Assembly: GCA_010015805.1 (NCBI GenBank)
Contig: ML978131.1
Coordinates: 186,001-250,000, forward strand
Reading direction: 5' to 3'
From: Rhizodiscina lignyota
Taxonomy: Eukaryota
Length of the DNA stretch: 64,000 nt
Shown here: piece after piece, positions 1 to 11,324 of the stretch
Position numbering within the stretch: the stretch's first letter is position 1
How the letters are laid out: each line of letters opens with the position of its first letter
The notes under the pieces: model-generated
The model's input: only the letters and a program-made list of their open reading frames with translations
What the model was told of the DNA's origin: nothing
The model's database searches: none
Program-made: the position numbers and the translations under genes

Positions 1-697
1 CCCCTATGTGGAGAGCCCGCACTTTCGAGGGCGGGAACGTCGTTGGTTTCAAAATGACGTCGCGATTCCAACTGTATGTCCTTGTATTGAAAATACAAGA
101 AAGTGAGGAGAAAAAGTATCACACACACGAAGAGAACCAAGACCACGACTTCAGTAAAGGAGCTATCTAATTCGGTAACGACGCGTTCAGGGGCCATGAA
201 GCTGTTGCTTTGCAATTGTCGAAACCTGAGGGGTAGAAAGGTATGCAATGCTCTCGAGAATGCGCAGGAAGACCGTGTTATATATACTGACACGGTGCAA
301 GGGCCACGTTCATCACCAGCAGGCCTTAACCGCCTGTACGACGATGGGCATGACGCTCGACGAGCACAGTGCTATTCACGTTCAAATGACACTATCAAAA
401 GCACGAGGTGAAGGAATTTATGGCAGGATTTGTTGAGAAAGATCATGTGCAGGGTTTCTGATGGATATCAAGTCATATGATATGTAAGTAATGTCACATA
501 GAATAAAACCTTCCATAAATTGTTCCAACGCCGCTGCCCATGGACTCTACAGTTTTCCCCTTGCCCTACACGGTGAAGAATATCCTCCGCTAAAAGTACA
601 TGCCCAGACTCGTGCCTTGGTCACAATGCCAGCTAAATCATCGCCGGAAATGTCCCACCAGCCCTTCTAATTGGTGATCAAGTCCGCGCCGTTCTGC

Positions 698-1243
698 TTA
701 AGTGACGGCTCCATTCCCACGAGGAGCACCGGCATCCGCGCGATCCATAGCCGCCTTCAGTTCCAGTTGTGCAATCTCCAACTGGCTGCTCAGGAAGCGG
801 ATTTCCTCAAATTTAGCACGGATCTCCGGAGTAATCGGTCGCGTTGACACACTGCCGCTGACGCGGGAATTGCCACCAGCCATTTGCCCATCGATGCGAG
901 AGCCGCGCTTAAGCAGGTCGAGGACTTCGAAGGTCGCATCTTTTCGAATTGCCTCCATGGCGGGATTGGCCCAGATCGAGACCATGCGGCTGTAGAGCGT
1001 CTGCTCTGTTGGTGAGAGACGCTCATGTCGGTCCGTTTTCGGCTTTATCAGCATGGCGATGGCCATGGCGTAGAAGACATCGAATGCTTCGGTTGTGCTC
1101 TCGGAGTCATTGTTCGCAGTAGAAGATGCGCTGTGCTGTGCGGAAGATGCGATGCTCGGTGGATAAGATGCACCGCTCGATGGGTAAGCACCTCTCGGCA
1201 GATATGAATGACCACCTGTTGATCGGGAGTAGAAGCTCGACAT
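698..1243 (-). CDS. Orphan protein (~181 aa), member 1 of a local paralogous family
   Basis: Single-exon ORF from ATG 1243 (MSSFYSRS...); TATAAA-like box ~90 bp upstream; motif LSPTEQTLYSRM and C-terminal helix EIAQLELKAA. Confidence 0.6.
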   Translation of the reverse strand: MSSFYSRSTGGHSYLPRGAYPSSGASYPPSIASSAQHSASSTANNDSESTTEAFDVFYAMAIAMLIKPKTDRHERLSPTEQTLYSRMVSIWANPAMEAIRKDATFEVLDLLKRGSRIDGQMAGGNSRVSGSVSTRPITPEIRAKFEEIRFLSSQLEIAQLELKAAMDRADAGAPRGNGAVT

Positions 1244-1639
1244 TATGTTCGATGAGTTCTTTGGAGACCAGGTGTGCAGATGTAGTTGGAAGAGTGTGTT
1301 CAATCGCCAACCGAGCAGGCCGGTATGGCTTTATATCCTGTGATCTGACCCGTTGTCAATGGCTCTTGTCGGACTCGGCAAACTTGATGTGTTTTGTACT
1401 CTGTACAACATCTCCTTCACCACCAGTATATCCGAATCGGATAATCCTTGTGGGCGCTTGTAGCAAATGATACACAGGCGCTAAATGAGCTCATTTTCAG
1501 GTTACCCAATTTATAGAATTTGAATCGACCGAAAAGCAGTACTGCTAAATCACGAACATGAATTGACATCGACCATTTTCCGATGATCAACGACTCCATC
1601 ATACCGATTGATGAACACAGCCCGTAGATATTACTACTA

Positions 1640-2665
1640 TCAACCCTGACCCCAACCAGAGTCCCAGCCCCAGCGGCCCCAACCTGGGCCAAAAGCGGAC
1701 CATTCAATGCCAGTCCCGCCATTGTTATTCCTGCCAGGTGATCGTCCCCCTTGAGTTCGTGCCCCTCTGCCCTGCTGAGAAGCACCTCCAGCATTCTGAG
1801 AAATCCGTCGAGACTTGGCCCTGACACGTTTATTTTCTTGCTGGGCTTCTCGAAGTTGTAACTGAGCAGCCCGACGCTCATGACGCACGCGTTGTAAGTC
1901 CCTCCTCATCTGTGCCAGTTCGGCTAGCAAGTGATCCACCAATGGGCCTCCCCACGCTGGGGTTCTTTCGCGCTCATGATGATGGCCAAGACCACGTGTC
2001 GAGGCTCGCCCTTGAACTCGCTGCATCCTAGATTCAAACCATTCATAGCGTTGAAGCATATGCTCCAAACTCCGCTGTAGTCTTGTCGTACCAGCTTCAG
2101 CTCTCTCATGCACTTGATCCGTGTGCTGTTGGTGCTCTGTCATGCGAGCGCCAGGCCATTGGAATTGTCGTTCCATGTCCTCCAAGTGTCGCTGAAATTC
2201 GGTAATAACCCGAGGATCGAGAGTCTGAGGAGTTTGACTATTGCCTTCGCTGGCTGCAGCTGCAGCCTTTTGCACGTTTTTATCATTGTCTACATCTTCT
2301 TCGATGATAGAGGCTTCTGGAGTGAGTTGCTGCAAGTCTTCAAACACCATGGTGGCTTCGCTGGACACAGACTCTGCTCCAGGAGATATTGGTCGAAATT
2401 CTAGGTCTCCAGATCGATACTGAGTCGCCGCACTAGACTCCGCGACTTCATTGTCGTAGCGTTGGTGTATGTGAGCATACAGATCTTGCTCTTCTTTTGT
2501 GAGGGCAGTATTCTTGCCCTTATCTTCAAGTCGCTGTCGTATGCTTTCCAAGACCAGGGTCGGATATTGTTTAAATATTTTGTGGGCAAGCTTCCTTGAC
2601 GGTTCGGATTTGTCGGAGACATCAGAGTTGGGTGCTCCGACAGGTTCGGGAGATTTTTGGTCCAT
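1640..2665 (-). CDS. Orphan coiled-coil protein (341 aa) with Gly/Trp-rich tail, family member 2
   Basis: 1-kb uninterrupted ATG ORF; motifs LTKEEQDLYAHI and ELAQMRRDLQRVR; ends WSAFGPGWGRWGWDSGWGQG. Confidence 0.7.
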   Translation of the reverse strand: MDQKSPEPVGAPNSDVSDKSEPSRKLAHKIFKQYPTLVLESIRQRLEDKGKNTALTKEEQDLYAHIHQRYDNEVAESSAATQYRSGDLEFRPISPGAESVSSEATMVFEDLQQLTPEASIIEEDVDNDKNVQKAAAAASEGNSQTPQTLDPRVITEFQRHLEDMERQFQWPGARMTEHQQHTDQVHERAEAGTTRLQRSLEHMLQRYEWFESRMQRVQGRASTRGLGHHHERERTPAWGGPLVDHLLAELAQMRRDLQRVRHERRAAQLQLREAQQENKRVRAKSRRISQNAGGASQQGRGARTQGGRSPGRNNNGGTGIEWSAFGPGWGRWGWDSGWGQG

Positions 2666-3071
2666 TGCGGCCGGGAATATTGTTCGCGTTATAAAGCTTT
2701 AGTAATAGATTGCAATAGTTGCGAGATTGAGTTATCCAAGGAAATCCGAGAGTCTGTCTCCATCAAGAAGGATCGAGGAGTGGAGAGAGAGGAGGAGGAT
2801 GCTGGCTATTTATGTAACCTGCGGGCAGTTGAATCATTTTTAAGCGCCGAAGAAGAGTCCCACAAAATCCACCTGACATTCAACGCCATATGAATCTTGC
2901 TCAAGTGATTTCGGAAGCGAGCGCGTGTAACGTTGAATCGTGAGTCATGATACCACCTCGCTATATGATTGAATGAAAACTAGTAGACCCTAAGCGATGC
3001 GCGTTAAGTGGTGGGTAGAGAAACAAGTGGTCATTTTTACTCACAGAATAGAAATCGGATCACAGGACTTA

Positions 3072-4651
3072 TCAGAAAAAGCCTCTCAGTATATTGGTTT
3101 GATAGACCAAAAAGTCTTCAGCCCAAACAAGCTGGCTAATAATAGCCAGCAGTGCTTCAAAGCTTACAATATTTTCAGCGGCCAAGACCTCACGAGAAAT
3201 CTCGGCGAACCAGTTCCGTTCTGCTGGGATATGCTCCGCTGAGGATGCAGTAGACAAGATCCAAACCAGTAATCTCGGCGGAGCTTCCTGTCTGAGTGAT
3301 GAAAACATCAAGAGGGTGCGAAGTTTTGCGCCGTACACAGGATCTGCAGAAAGTGTGTCGACGCCAAATTTGGCTCTAAGGCTGCTGACGTAGAGGATTG
3401 CGGCCAGCCTGAAAGCCTCTAGCATTACAGAGGCAATGTCTTCGTAATCGACCTCTACGCGCATGGCCAAGAGGTCCCCGAGAACTGGGGACAGGTGGAA
3501 CCCAGGGAAGAGAGGGTCATCCCATAGATGGCGTTTCCTTCTTTCAGCTCGCATGATATCTTGCACCTCTTGTAGCTCTGAACAAAATCCGGAGATTAGC
3601 CGGGCTATCAGTGTCTCGCTGGGAGCTTGAGAGAGAACTGCATCATCTCTAAAGCTAGGCCTGGGAAGTAGATGCTCGGGTTTGGGAAATCGGGGTGCCA
3701 CATCTTGCAGAACAGCCCCATTGATATCTGCCCTGCAAGCGAGAATCATCAGAAACCCTACATGGACAGGAATATGAGTTACGTACCAATAGAGTACCGT
3801 CCTGAGTGTATAATTTGAATCCAACGTATGGACGCCTCCCCTTCCCTCTATGAGCAACTTCAATCCATTCATATGGATTGTCAAGGACTCGGTATCGTGA
3901 AGAAGATTCTGACTAGTTGAGCACCGGATGAAGCAAGACTTAATGATTACTTACTGCACAGCAGGCGAATACAAGAACTGCACCTATAGCATCATCCGTG
4001 CTCGATTCCCTTGGGTTACCGATTTGATTTTGCAGCTGCTGTGTTGCAGTCAAATTGTATCCCAGGTGCTCTGTCGTCCGTTCGTCTCGGTTCAAATGTG
4101 ACAAATGCCATGAAGCCATTGCAAGTAATTGAGAAAAAGCAAGGGTTGCTCGAACTCGGTTCAAAAATCCGATGTTCCTCATGATTCGAAACATGACGCA
4201 AGTTTCATCGTAGACTATTCACCAATTAGAAGCTTCAGCCTTCTCGCGACAACGATGTATTTCACTCACGATGATCATAGAGCTCACGTTCGCGGTGACC
4301 CATACTGACTGGGTACTTGAAAAATGGGTCTAATCGACTGACACTGAGAGGCGTTGTCGGGCTTGGGGGTGTTGCTTCCCCTTCAGCCTTGCGCTCAGCA
4401 CTGGAAGTGCGACCGTTGGACTCCGCTGTTCTCTGCAGCAGAGGGCTAATATCCAATTCGATTTCATTTTTCCTTCGCTTGGGCAACTCTGAACGTCCAT
4501 GAAAATCTCGCATAGCCTGGCTCCTCACACGTTGTCGATTTGCCGCTGACCGTGCCATATTCGGATTAGTATATGTGATGAACTCTAGCGTCCTTCTCGC
4601 CCCACGAGCACGACCGAGGGGTAAGGAACCGGAAGATGCCTGGCTATCCAT
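3072..4651 (-). CDS. Fungal-specific transcription-factor-like protein (ACR-2-related type) lacking a Zn cluster, multi-exon
   Basis: ATG 4651 (MDSQASS); motifs RVRSQAM, SRLDPF, IHMNGLKLLIEGRGG; ORFs 4262-4840, 3940-4194 and 3072-3884 joined by short GT-AG introns. Confidence 0.75.
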
Positions 4652-5229
4652 TCTTGGGATTTTCTGGATACAGATTATATCCTGGATCTGCAAGACGCAA
4701 TTTCTGGGTGAAACGAATGCAGGTGGATAGGGCGTCAGTGATTGCCGGGATATGTCGAGCCCGGGAGACGCGAGAAAGGTCTCAAGGGTGTTGATGAGGA
4801 GCGCTGGAGGAAGAGCCGACTTGATTGGGTATTTTGTCAACAGTGAAGAGTTGTTCCAAGGGGATCAGACTGGCATCAGGCTGTGATTTACAGCTCTTTG
4901 TGCTGCCCATGTTGCGCTAAGCCTATTATAGCAAACGTACCGCCCATGTTCTTGCATTAGCGCTAATCCCAAATTTCCCAGGGGTCCTTGCTTATATGAA
5001 CGACGTCTGTACAAAAGCCCTCGATGGCTATTCTCTTTCGTGCTGTAGTCCACACTTACTAATGACGCTTTATCTAACGTGGGATGACAAACAAAGTCTA
5101 GTTAGAGCCTTGTCACCGTATCATGCCCACGCGTCACCTGAATTCGAAGTATCAACAGTCCAGTAGTCTGTTCTGGTAGGAAGATGTCGCAGGCAAAATC
5201 TAAGAAGTCTCATACCATTCATCATTATA

Positions 5230-6219
5230 CTAATAGCCCATGACAACTATTTTCCCATTTGCCCGACCTTCTTCCACCATGCGGTGCGCTTCACGAATCT
5301 GGTCGAAAGAAAACGTCTTTGTTGGTTTGGCATTCAGCTTCCCATCTGTGGCCAATTGAACGATGTCGCGAATGGGGACATCCGAGACCGGGAAAGCCGG
5401 TTGCCCAAAGTCAGGGCTTCTGAAGAGACTGAAATGGACCCCACCTGACATCTGGAGTAAAGGGTTGAAGTCCGAAATAGGCGCAAGACCACCCAACCAC
5501 CCTGCAAGACAGAGTCGACCTCCACGGCGGACAAGTGTCAGAGAATCCAGCAGCACACTATTCCCAATAAGGTCAAGAACAGCGTCGAATTTATCCTCCA
5601 ATCGAAGATTCAATCGCTTTGAGAGATCTGGCCCTTCCTGCTCGACCTTTTCGACCCCCAAAGTCAGAAGATCTTGATGACGATCGGCATTTCGAGTGGT
5701 TCCAACGACCCTGACTCCGTGGTTCACCGCAAGATTGACAGCTGCTTTGCCTAGGGCAGAAGTAGCGCCTCGAATCAGGAGGGTCTGGCCTTTCTGGATT
5801 TCGAGGTTTCGGAAGAGAGAGCTCCATGCTGTAGCATAAGACTCTGGAATGGCCGCGAGTTGATCCCAAGGTAATGGAGGTTCATTTGAGCCGAGGGAGA
5901 CCACATTTCCGACGGAAGCATTCGTGTATTCTGCGTAGCTCCCGTTAATTGTTCGCCCCAGCCCGCCCATGAGTGCGACTACTGCTGTTCCAAGTTCGAA
6001 TTCTCCTCCGGGACATGCCTCGACAATCCCCACGCACTCAACGCCACTGATTGGCATCCATTCTGCCCATTCACCCTTTCTCATGTGCATCTCTGCATGG
6101 TTTATCCCGAAGGCCTTCACTCTGATCAGAGCAAAGCCTGCTTTGGGTTCTGGTTTGTCGACGTCCTTAATGACGAGAACATCTGGATTGCCAAACTTCT
6201 CAATAACGATAGCTTTCAT
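5230..6219 (-). CDS. Medium-chain reductase, quinone oxidoreductase-like (NADPH), intronless
   Basis: ATG 6219 MKAIVIEKFGNPDVL; VKAFGINHAE, GSYAEY, LIRGATSALG, EAHRMVEEGRANGKIVV. Confidence 0.92.
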   Translation of the reverse strand: MKAIVIEKFGNPDVLVIKDVDKPEPKAGFALIRVKAFGINHAEMHMRKGEWAEWMPISGVECVGIVEACPGGEFELGTAVVALMGGLGRTINGSYAEYTNASVGNVVSLGSNEPPLPWDQLAAIPESYATAWSSLFRNLEIQKGQTLLIRGATSALGKAAVNLAVNHGVRVVGTTRNADRHQDLLTLGVEKVEQEGPDLSKRLNLRLEDKFDAVLDLIGNSVLLDSLTLVRRGGRLCLAGWLGGLAPISDFNPLLQMSGGVHFSLFRSPDFGQPAFPVSDVPIRDIVQLATDGKLNAKPTKTFSFDQIREAHRMVEEGRANGKIVVMGY

Positions 6220-6870
6220 GGCCAATGTAGACTGATTGGGAAAAAAAATGGAGGAAATACAAATATGCTTTTCAGCGAAAATACAATTTCGAATTGCAGA
6301 ACGAAAAATGCTCGCAGAGCTTGCTATGAATATATACTTACCGATGAATAATGGCTGATTGCCCGCCTGTACTCTTCCTTGCTCCAATGTCCATGGTTCT
6401 CTGCATGGTTGGGCAAATCGGATGATGAATGCGAAATATTCCGAAAGCCTGATGCAATGAATGCAAGTGCGTTATCCATATCAGGTCTAGTGGGCATGTT
6501 GTGACTGACTCTTTCCCAGGACTGCTCGAGAATAAGCGAGCTTATGAATGTATTACTTATTGTAGAAGAACACATTTCTGTTTTTGATGACATTACATGA
6601 GGCTCTCTTAACAACCTGGAGGTGTGCCGAGAAAAGCTTATCTATTACTGAAGCAGATCATTACCATGGGTCTACTTCAGATGTGCGCTTGACATAGAAC
6701 TGAATAGTGGCAGTAAGAAGATGTGACAGCAATGTACCAATCTCCACAGTCTTCCCTTAGTTCCTAAAGACCGCTTTCAGTCCTGCAACGCCAGCAAATG
6801 TAACGGCTAAAACGGCCAGCAACCAACACAAGGAAAGAGGTGTAGACTTCGTTTCGTTGCTCTTATTGTC

Positions 6871-7278
6871 CTAGAAAATATAGTCAGCAAGAAACTTTCG
6901 AAGCTTATGGGGAAAAGGTTTTCCAACCTTCTTTCCCTGTAGCTCAGCACATTTCTCGACACTGCGCCTCAGATTTCCGAGCATCCGACGGATTTCAGCG
7001 AGCTCAGGGCTTTGAGCAGCATTCCGAACATGATCGATTGCTTGAAGTAACGCAGGGTAGCCGCTTTCATTCGGTCCCGGAGGATGTGTGTAGAAGTAAT
7101 CCTGAATGCGATCATAGAGCTGCAATTCTTGCGAGGTGACCGAATAAGAAAGATACTTCGGTTTGGGTGTTCGGCTCGCCAGATTGAGGATTGATGCGAG
7201 CTCATCTTGACCAACTTCTTTAGCAAGAGCATTAAGTGCTTCTCTCAATACGCGGGTCCGCTCGAGCTTTTGATCCAT
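6871..7278 (-). CDS. Orphan protein (135 aa), family member 3
   Basis: ATG ORF with VTSQELQLYDRIQDYFY and ELAEIRRMLGNLRR. Confidence 0.6.
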   Translation of the reverse strand: MDQKLERTRVLREALNALAKEVGQDELASILNLASRTPKPKYLSYSVTSQELQLYDRIQDYFYTHPPGPNESGYPALLQAIDHVRNAAQSPELAEIRRMLGNLRRSVEKCAELQGKKVGKPFPHKLRKFLADYIF

Positions 7279-7653
7279 TGGTAGAGCCTATTTTGTGTGG
7301 GAAATATAGAGGTCTTAAGCTTAAGCAGTATATGGGAGATGTTACAGTATTGCGTACCGATACAAATGGTTTGTGATATGAACAAAGAGATCCAAGAAGT
7401 ATCCTGAAAACAGCTACAACGATTTAAATAGTCGCTAATGACGCCAGTTTTAACTTTTTCTTCAAGTGATCATACACTTCACATTGTTGTGTTACCTTTC
7501 TGAGCCGCGCAATTTCAACAGAATCTATCACCCATCGCAACACCAAGTCTAATGATAAATGGGCCGCTAACACGAGGATATTTTCTTTTTTTGCTGACCT
7601 CTTTCTTACTCTCTTCGGTGGCACGGTCTCCTTCGTAGTAACACGATTCCCAG

Positions 7654-8003
7654 TTAGACGTCTAAGTTCATCGGTTGGCGAAGACCCGTGAATTCAACCT
7701 GCTGCCCGGCTTTGATGTCATATAGCCATATCACTGCCCGGGGCAAGATCGAATCTCTTCTACTAACCCGGGGTGGTGAGCGCACGTAAAAGTGGCTGCA
7801 GATATGGTCGTAAAAGTGCCGTTCTTGAGGCGCCATCGGACTATATCAGTTTAGAGGACACGGATGCTGCTCGAATTCGCCGAGATCTTCAAAAGCGCTT
7901 GTACTGCGAGAGCATGTTCCTCCATCGCGTCGGCTTGGTCCTGCAGTGCTCCAGCTTGCTCTGTGTGGCCTATTACTTGCACTCCTGTCACGTATGGGTT
8001 CAT
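7654..8003 (-). pseudogene. Disrupted paralog of 6871-7278 (family member 4)
   Basis: ATG 8003 frame (MNPYVTG...AVQALLKISANSSSIRVL*) stops at ~7851; a different frame continues PQERHFYDHICSHFYVRSPP, matching SQELQLYDRIQDYFYTHPP. Confidence 0.5.
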
Positions 8004-8240
8004 TGTTCATAGTGGCATACGGTACGCCGAGCGCTGTTTGCGAAATATCAGTTGCAGTAAAGAGATGTGAAGACGAGAATCTGAAACCATGAGAGATTCC
8101 TGAACTTGTTCAAATACTTGAAAGAGCTAAATTAGCCACAACTCATAACCCGTTCTCATGTGAGCGCCACCCGGCCAGTCCTGCGAAAGTAGTGTAATAC
8201 TATGCAATACGGTAAGCCATGGATATCCCGACTTTCCAGT

Positions 8241-11200
8241 CTATAGACTTTCACTGCTGTCGCCGTCACCAGCATCCTTCTTCTCAAAGGGGAATAGCAG
8301 CTCCTTCCGCGCCCGATGGAATTTTTCCAGGCAATCCCTCCTTTGTGCTTGCGTCCACCCTTCGACAACCAGCGCAAATTCGGTCACATTCTCAAACCCA
8401 AAGTGCTTAGCCATGCTGCAAAACTGTCTCCTCTTGACATCTTCTGGTGGGTTGTATTTCCAGCTGACGTTTCGCAAACCGTCGGGGCCATCGCTGGGCG
8501 GAGCTGGTGCATAAAATGGCGCCTGCTGTGAGTCGGAGAAGATCTTCTCGCCAATTGTTTCGACGTCGCCGGTACGCTCGACAGCCGCGCGGGAAAGTTT
8601 TGACTCGATCTTGGAAGTGCCAATCACTTCGGAATTCTCATGAGTGTAGCTGACCCCGGCGCCTGCAAGGATCGCCTGCACGGCGTCAGTCTTGCTCTTC
8701 GCCTTTGCCCGTTTCTTGGACTTCTGGTTATCGTCTTCTCCTGTAATTATAGCAGTAAGTTTTACCATTGCTGCATTCTCATCGTTATCGTCGCCTCGGA
8801 TAATGTCGTCTTGATCGCCTTCGGGGTCATCTTGACTCATGTCAATATCTGCCACTAACACGCCTGCGCGCGACTCCGCTATATTGGTCTTGTTCACAAT
8901 TTCCCGCAGCACGACGTTGTCAGGTTGGTACGAGAACATATTCTTGAGGCCAAAGATTTCACCCTTCTTCTGCGATTCATCCTGCACACCACGAAAGTAG
9001 CGTCTTTCGAGACTCGCATTGTAACCGATATTTGCCTGTTGCTGCTTGTAGATTTGTCTCGCATATACAATCTCCTCAATCGTGCCAGCGCTAATAAGCC
9101 GGAAGACCTCAACATCTCGGGTCTGGCCAATACGGTAGGCACGATCTTGGGCCTGTAGGTCATAACTGGGGTTCCAATTCGGGTCGACAACGACAACCTT
9201 GTTTGCGGAAGTAATATTCAGGCCCACGCCTCCAGCTCTGGTACTGATGAGGAAAATGAATTGGTTAGGATCAGCGTTGAAGTCGTCAACTATTTGAGAG
9301 CGATCGTTTAGGGGCACATTGCCGTCAAGATATGAGACATTGTAAGACGTTGTGGATTTGAGGAGCAATTCTAGCATCCGCAACAGCCGAACAGAGTGGC
9401 TGAAGATGAGGACTTTGTTTGGCACGCTGTTCGATGGATTGTCATACCAGTATCGAAGTAATTTTCTAAGAGGCTTCCATTTGCCGCATAACTCTTCATT
9501 TGCAAAATGCATGATCGAATCCTTCTGGCGGTATAAGTTCGTCCACTCGTTGGGTAGCGCGAGCTGCAAATTCTCCAGATCTTTTGTTTGCTTCTCCTGA
9601 AGATCTTCGCTCCTTGGGATGAGCAGTGCAACATGGTTCGCAATCTTCTGCAACGTAACGATGCATGGAAAGACGAGGGCTTTCCAACTGCTGCCATCCT
9701 CGAGTTGAGCGCCACAACACCATCCCCGCTTTTTTCCGGATGCGCAAGGACACATGTCTGTGGAAGTAATGATAGCTTCAATCGCTTCACCGTCCAGGAT
9801 GCGCAGATATGCTTCGGTTTGTATCTCTGTCAGAGGGCAGAAAACGATGCGATCACTCTTTTTGGGAAGCTGGTCCGCAATGAGTGTCTTCATACGGCGG
9901 AGGAAGAAACGCGGGAGGAGATGATCAACGAGCTTCTTTGCCGTCTTGCGCGCGACACCAAGCTGTTCCATGGTACAATCATGAGCCTGGCCCATTTTCA
10001 GAGGATTGCTGATGCACTGCTTCCAGCTTCCAACAGACCCAAATCGCCCGGGATTAGCCCAGTTGAGCAGTGTCCACAGCTCTTCGTAGTTGTTTTGAAT
10101 AGCGGTTCCAGTAAGGCCAATTCGACAGAGGGCATTAATCCCATTCATGGCTCTCGTTGTCTCTGCTCTCCAGCCCTTGATCTGGTGGCACTCATCGGCG
10201 ATAACGCAATCCCAATCGATTAAGTTGATTTCGCTCGCATGATTCCTATAAGTCGCATACGTTGTGATCATGATCTCCACTCGGCCATTTGCTGCAGCCT
10301 TAAGCGCATCTGCCTTGCTGTTGGGATCTCCGTGGAATACATAAATGTGCCACCAGCCCCAGCGTCGCAGCTCAGATTGCCAGTTGGCCATTAACGTTCC
10401 CGGGCAAATGATCAACACTCGAGGATACCATTGGTCATCTGATGCTCTGCGCACCTTGCGCATGCGTTTACGGTCCCGTTCATCGCCCGTCTTGCCGAAT
10501 GCAGCCGTCAAAAATCCAATGACCTGAATCGTCTTCCCTAAACCCATGTCGTCACCCAAGATACATCCACGTTGGTAGACAAAACTCTCATGAAGGAATG
10601 CAACTCCCTCAACTTGATAGTCCCGGAGCCATTGTGCGATTGATGCAGGTATGAGACCTGCGGAGTATTGCAGGGTGATGTCTTCGTACGGGGTACACGG
10701 TTTGAGATGAGGCAGAACAGGCCTTTCTTGAAGATCCCCAAGTCTCTCATCATCGGAAAATTCGATATCATCGTATCTTGGAGGCAACTTCAGGCCCGCC
10801 TCGCCAAGCTTCTTTTGAATCTTTTCGAATTTAGTCTTTCTGGTTTTCACATAGTCCGGTAGCACTTCATCAGGCAGCTGATCAGAATCGGAATCTGTGG
10901 CGTAGGTGTTGTAACTTTTGAGTTTAGGCGTCTGCCCTTTTGAGCCTGCCGTTCGCTTTCCGGGACGTTTCCCAACCACGCTCGGCGCGGTCTTCTGCTT
11001 CTTCACAGGTGCAGGACGCTTTCCCTTGGCCACCGTGCGCGTCTTTTTCGAGTTGGCTACAGTGTCTATGTCGTCATCATCATCAGACCACTCAATCTTC
11101 GTTCCTTCCGACGCATGATCATGCATTCGGGTCCACCGGCGCTTTCGATTTTTCGTCATACCATCCTCGGTACGGGAGCTTTCTGTCTCATCTCCGACGA

Positions 11201-11324
11201 CGTCTTGGATGTAGCTGTCAAGGCCTAATTCTTTTTGTACGACCTTCGTGATGTCGAGGTCGCTATCCTCGTCCTCGCCTTCTATGATATCAATCGTGCG
11301 ACTAACCGTTTGGAAACGCGACAT
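8241..11324 (-). CDS. ERCC6L2: SNF2-family helicase, ERCC6L2/Rad26-like DNA repair protein
   Basis: LGDDMGLGKT, DECH, LTGTAIQNN, STRAGGVGLN, QAQDRAYRIGQ; C-terminal YTHENSEVIGTSK (VIGSSK-type) motif; first ATG 11324. Confidence 0.92.
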   Translation of the reverse strand: MSRFQTVSRTIDIIEGEDEDSDLDITKVVQKELGLDSYIQDVVGDETESSRTEDGMTKNRKRRWTRMHDHASEGTKIEWSDDDDDIDTVANSKKTRTVAKGKRPAPVKKQKTAPSVVGKRPGKRTAGSKGQTPKLKSYNTYATDSDSDQLPDEVLPDYVKTRKTKFEKIQKKLGEAGLKLPPRYDDIEFSDDERLGDLQERPVLPHLKPCTPYEDITLQYSAGLIPASIAQWLRDYQVEGVAFLHESFVYQRGCILGDDMGLGKTIQVIGFLTAAFGKTGDERDRKRMRKVRRASDDQWYPRVLIICPGTLMANWQSELRRWGWWHIYVFHGDPNSKADALKAAANGRVEIMITTYATYRNHASEINLIDWDCVIADECHQIKGWRAETTRAMNGINALCRIGLTGTAIQNNYEELWTLLNWANPGRFGSVGSWKQCISNPLKMGQAHDCTMEQLGVARKTAKKLVDHLLPRFFLRRMKTLIADQLPKKSDRIVFCPLTEIQTEAYLRILDGEAIEAIITSTDMCPCASGKKRGWCCGAQLEDGSSWKALVFPCIVTLQKIANHVALLIPRSEDLQEKQTKDLENLQLALPNEWTNLYRQKDSIMHFANEELCGKWKPLRKLLRYWYDNPSNSVPNKVLIFSHSVRLLRMLELLLKSTTSYNVSYLDGNVPLNDRSQIVDDFNADPNQFIFLISTRAGGVGLNITSANKVVVVDPNWNPSYDLQAQDRAYRIGQTRDVEVFRLISAGTIEEIVYARQIYKQQQANIGYNASLERRYFRGVQDESQKKGEIFGLKNMFSYQPDNVVLREIVNKTNIAESRAGVLVADIDMSQDDPEGDQDDIIRGDDNDENAAMVKLTAIITGEDDNQKSKKRAKAKSKTDAVQAILAGAGVSYTHENSEVIGTSKIESKLSRAAVERTGDVETIGEKIFSDSQQAPFYAPAPPSDGPDGLRNVSWKYNPPEDVKRRQFCSMAKHFGFENVTEFALVVEGWTQAQRRDCLEKFHRARKELLFPFEKKDAGDGDSSESL

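Noticed and set aside
1..436. Possible gene 3' end with intron-like segments (74-190, 241-301)
   Set aside because: No splice combination gave a convincing open, recognisable protein
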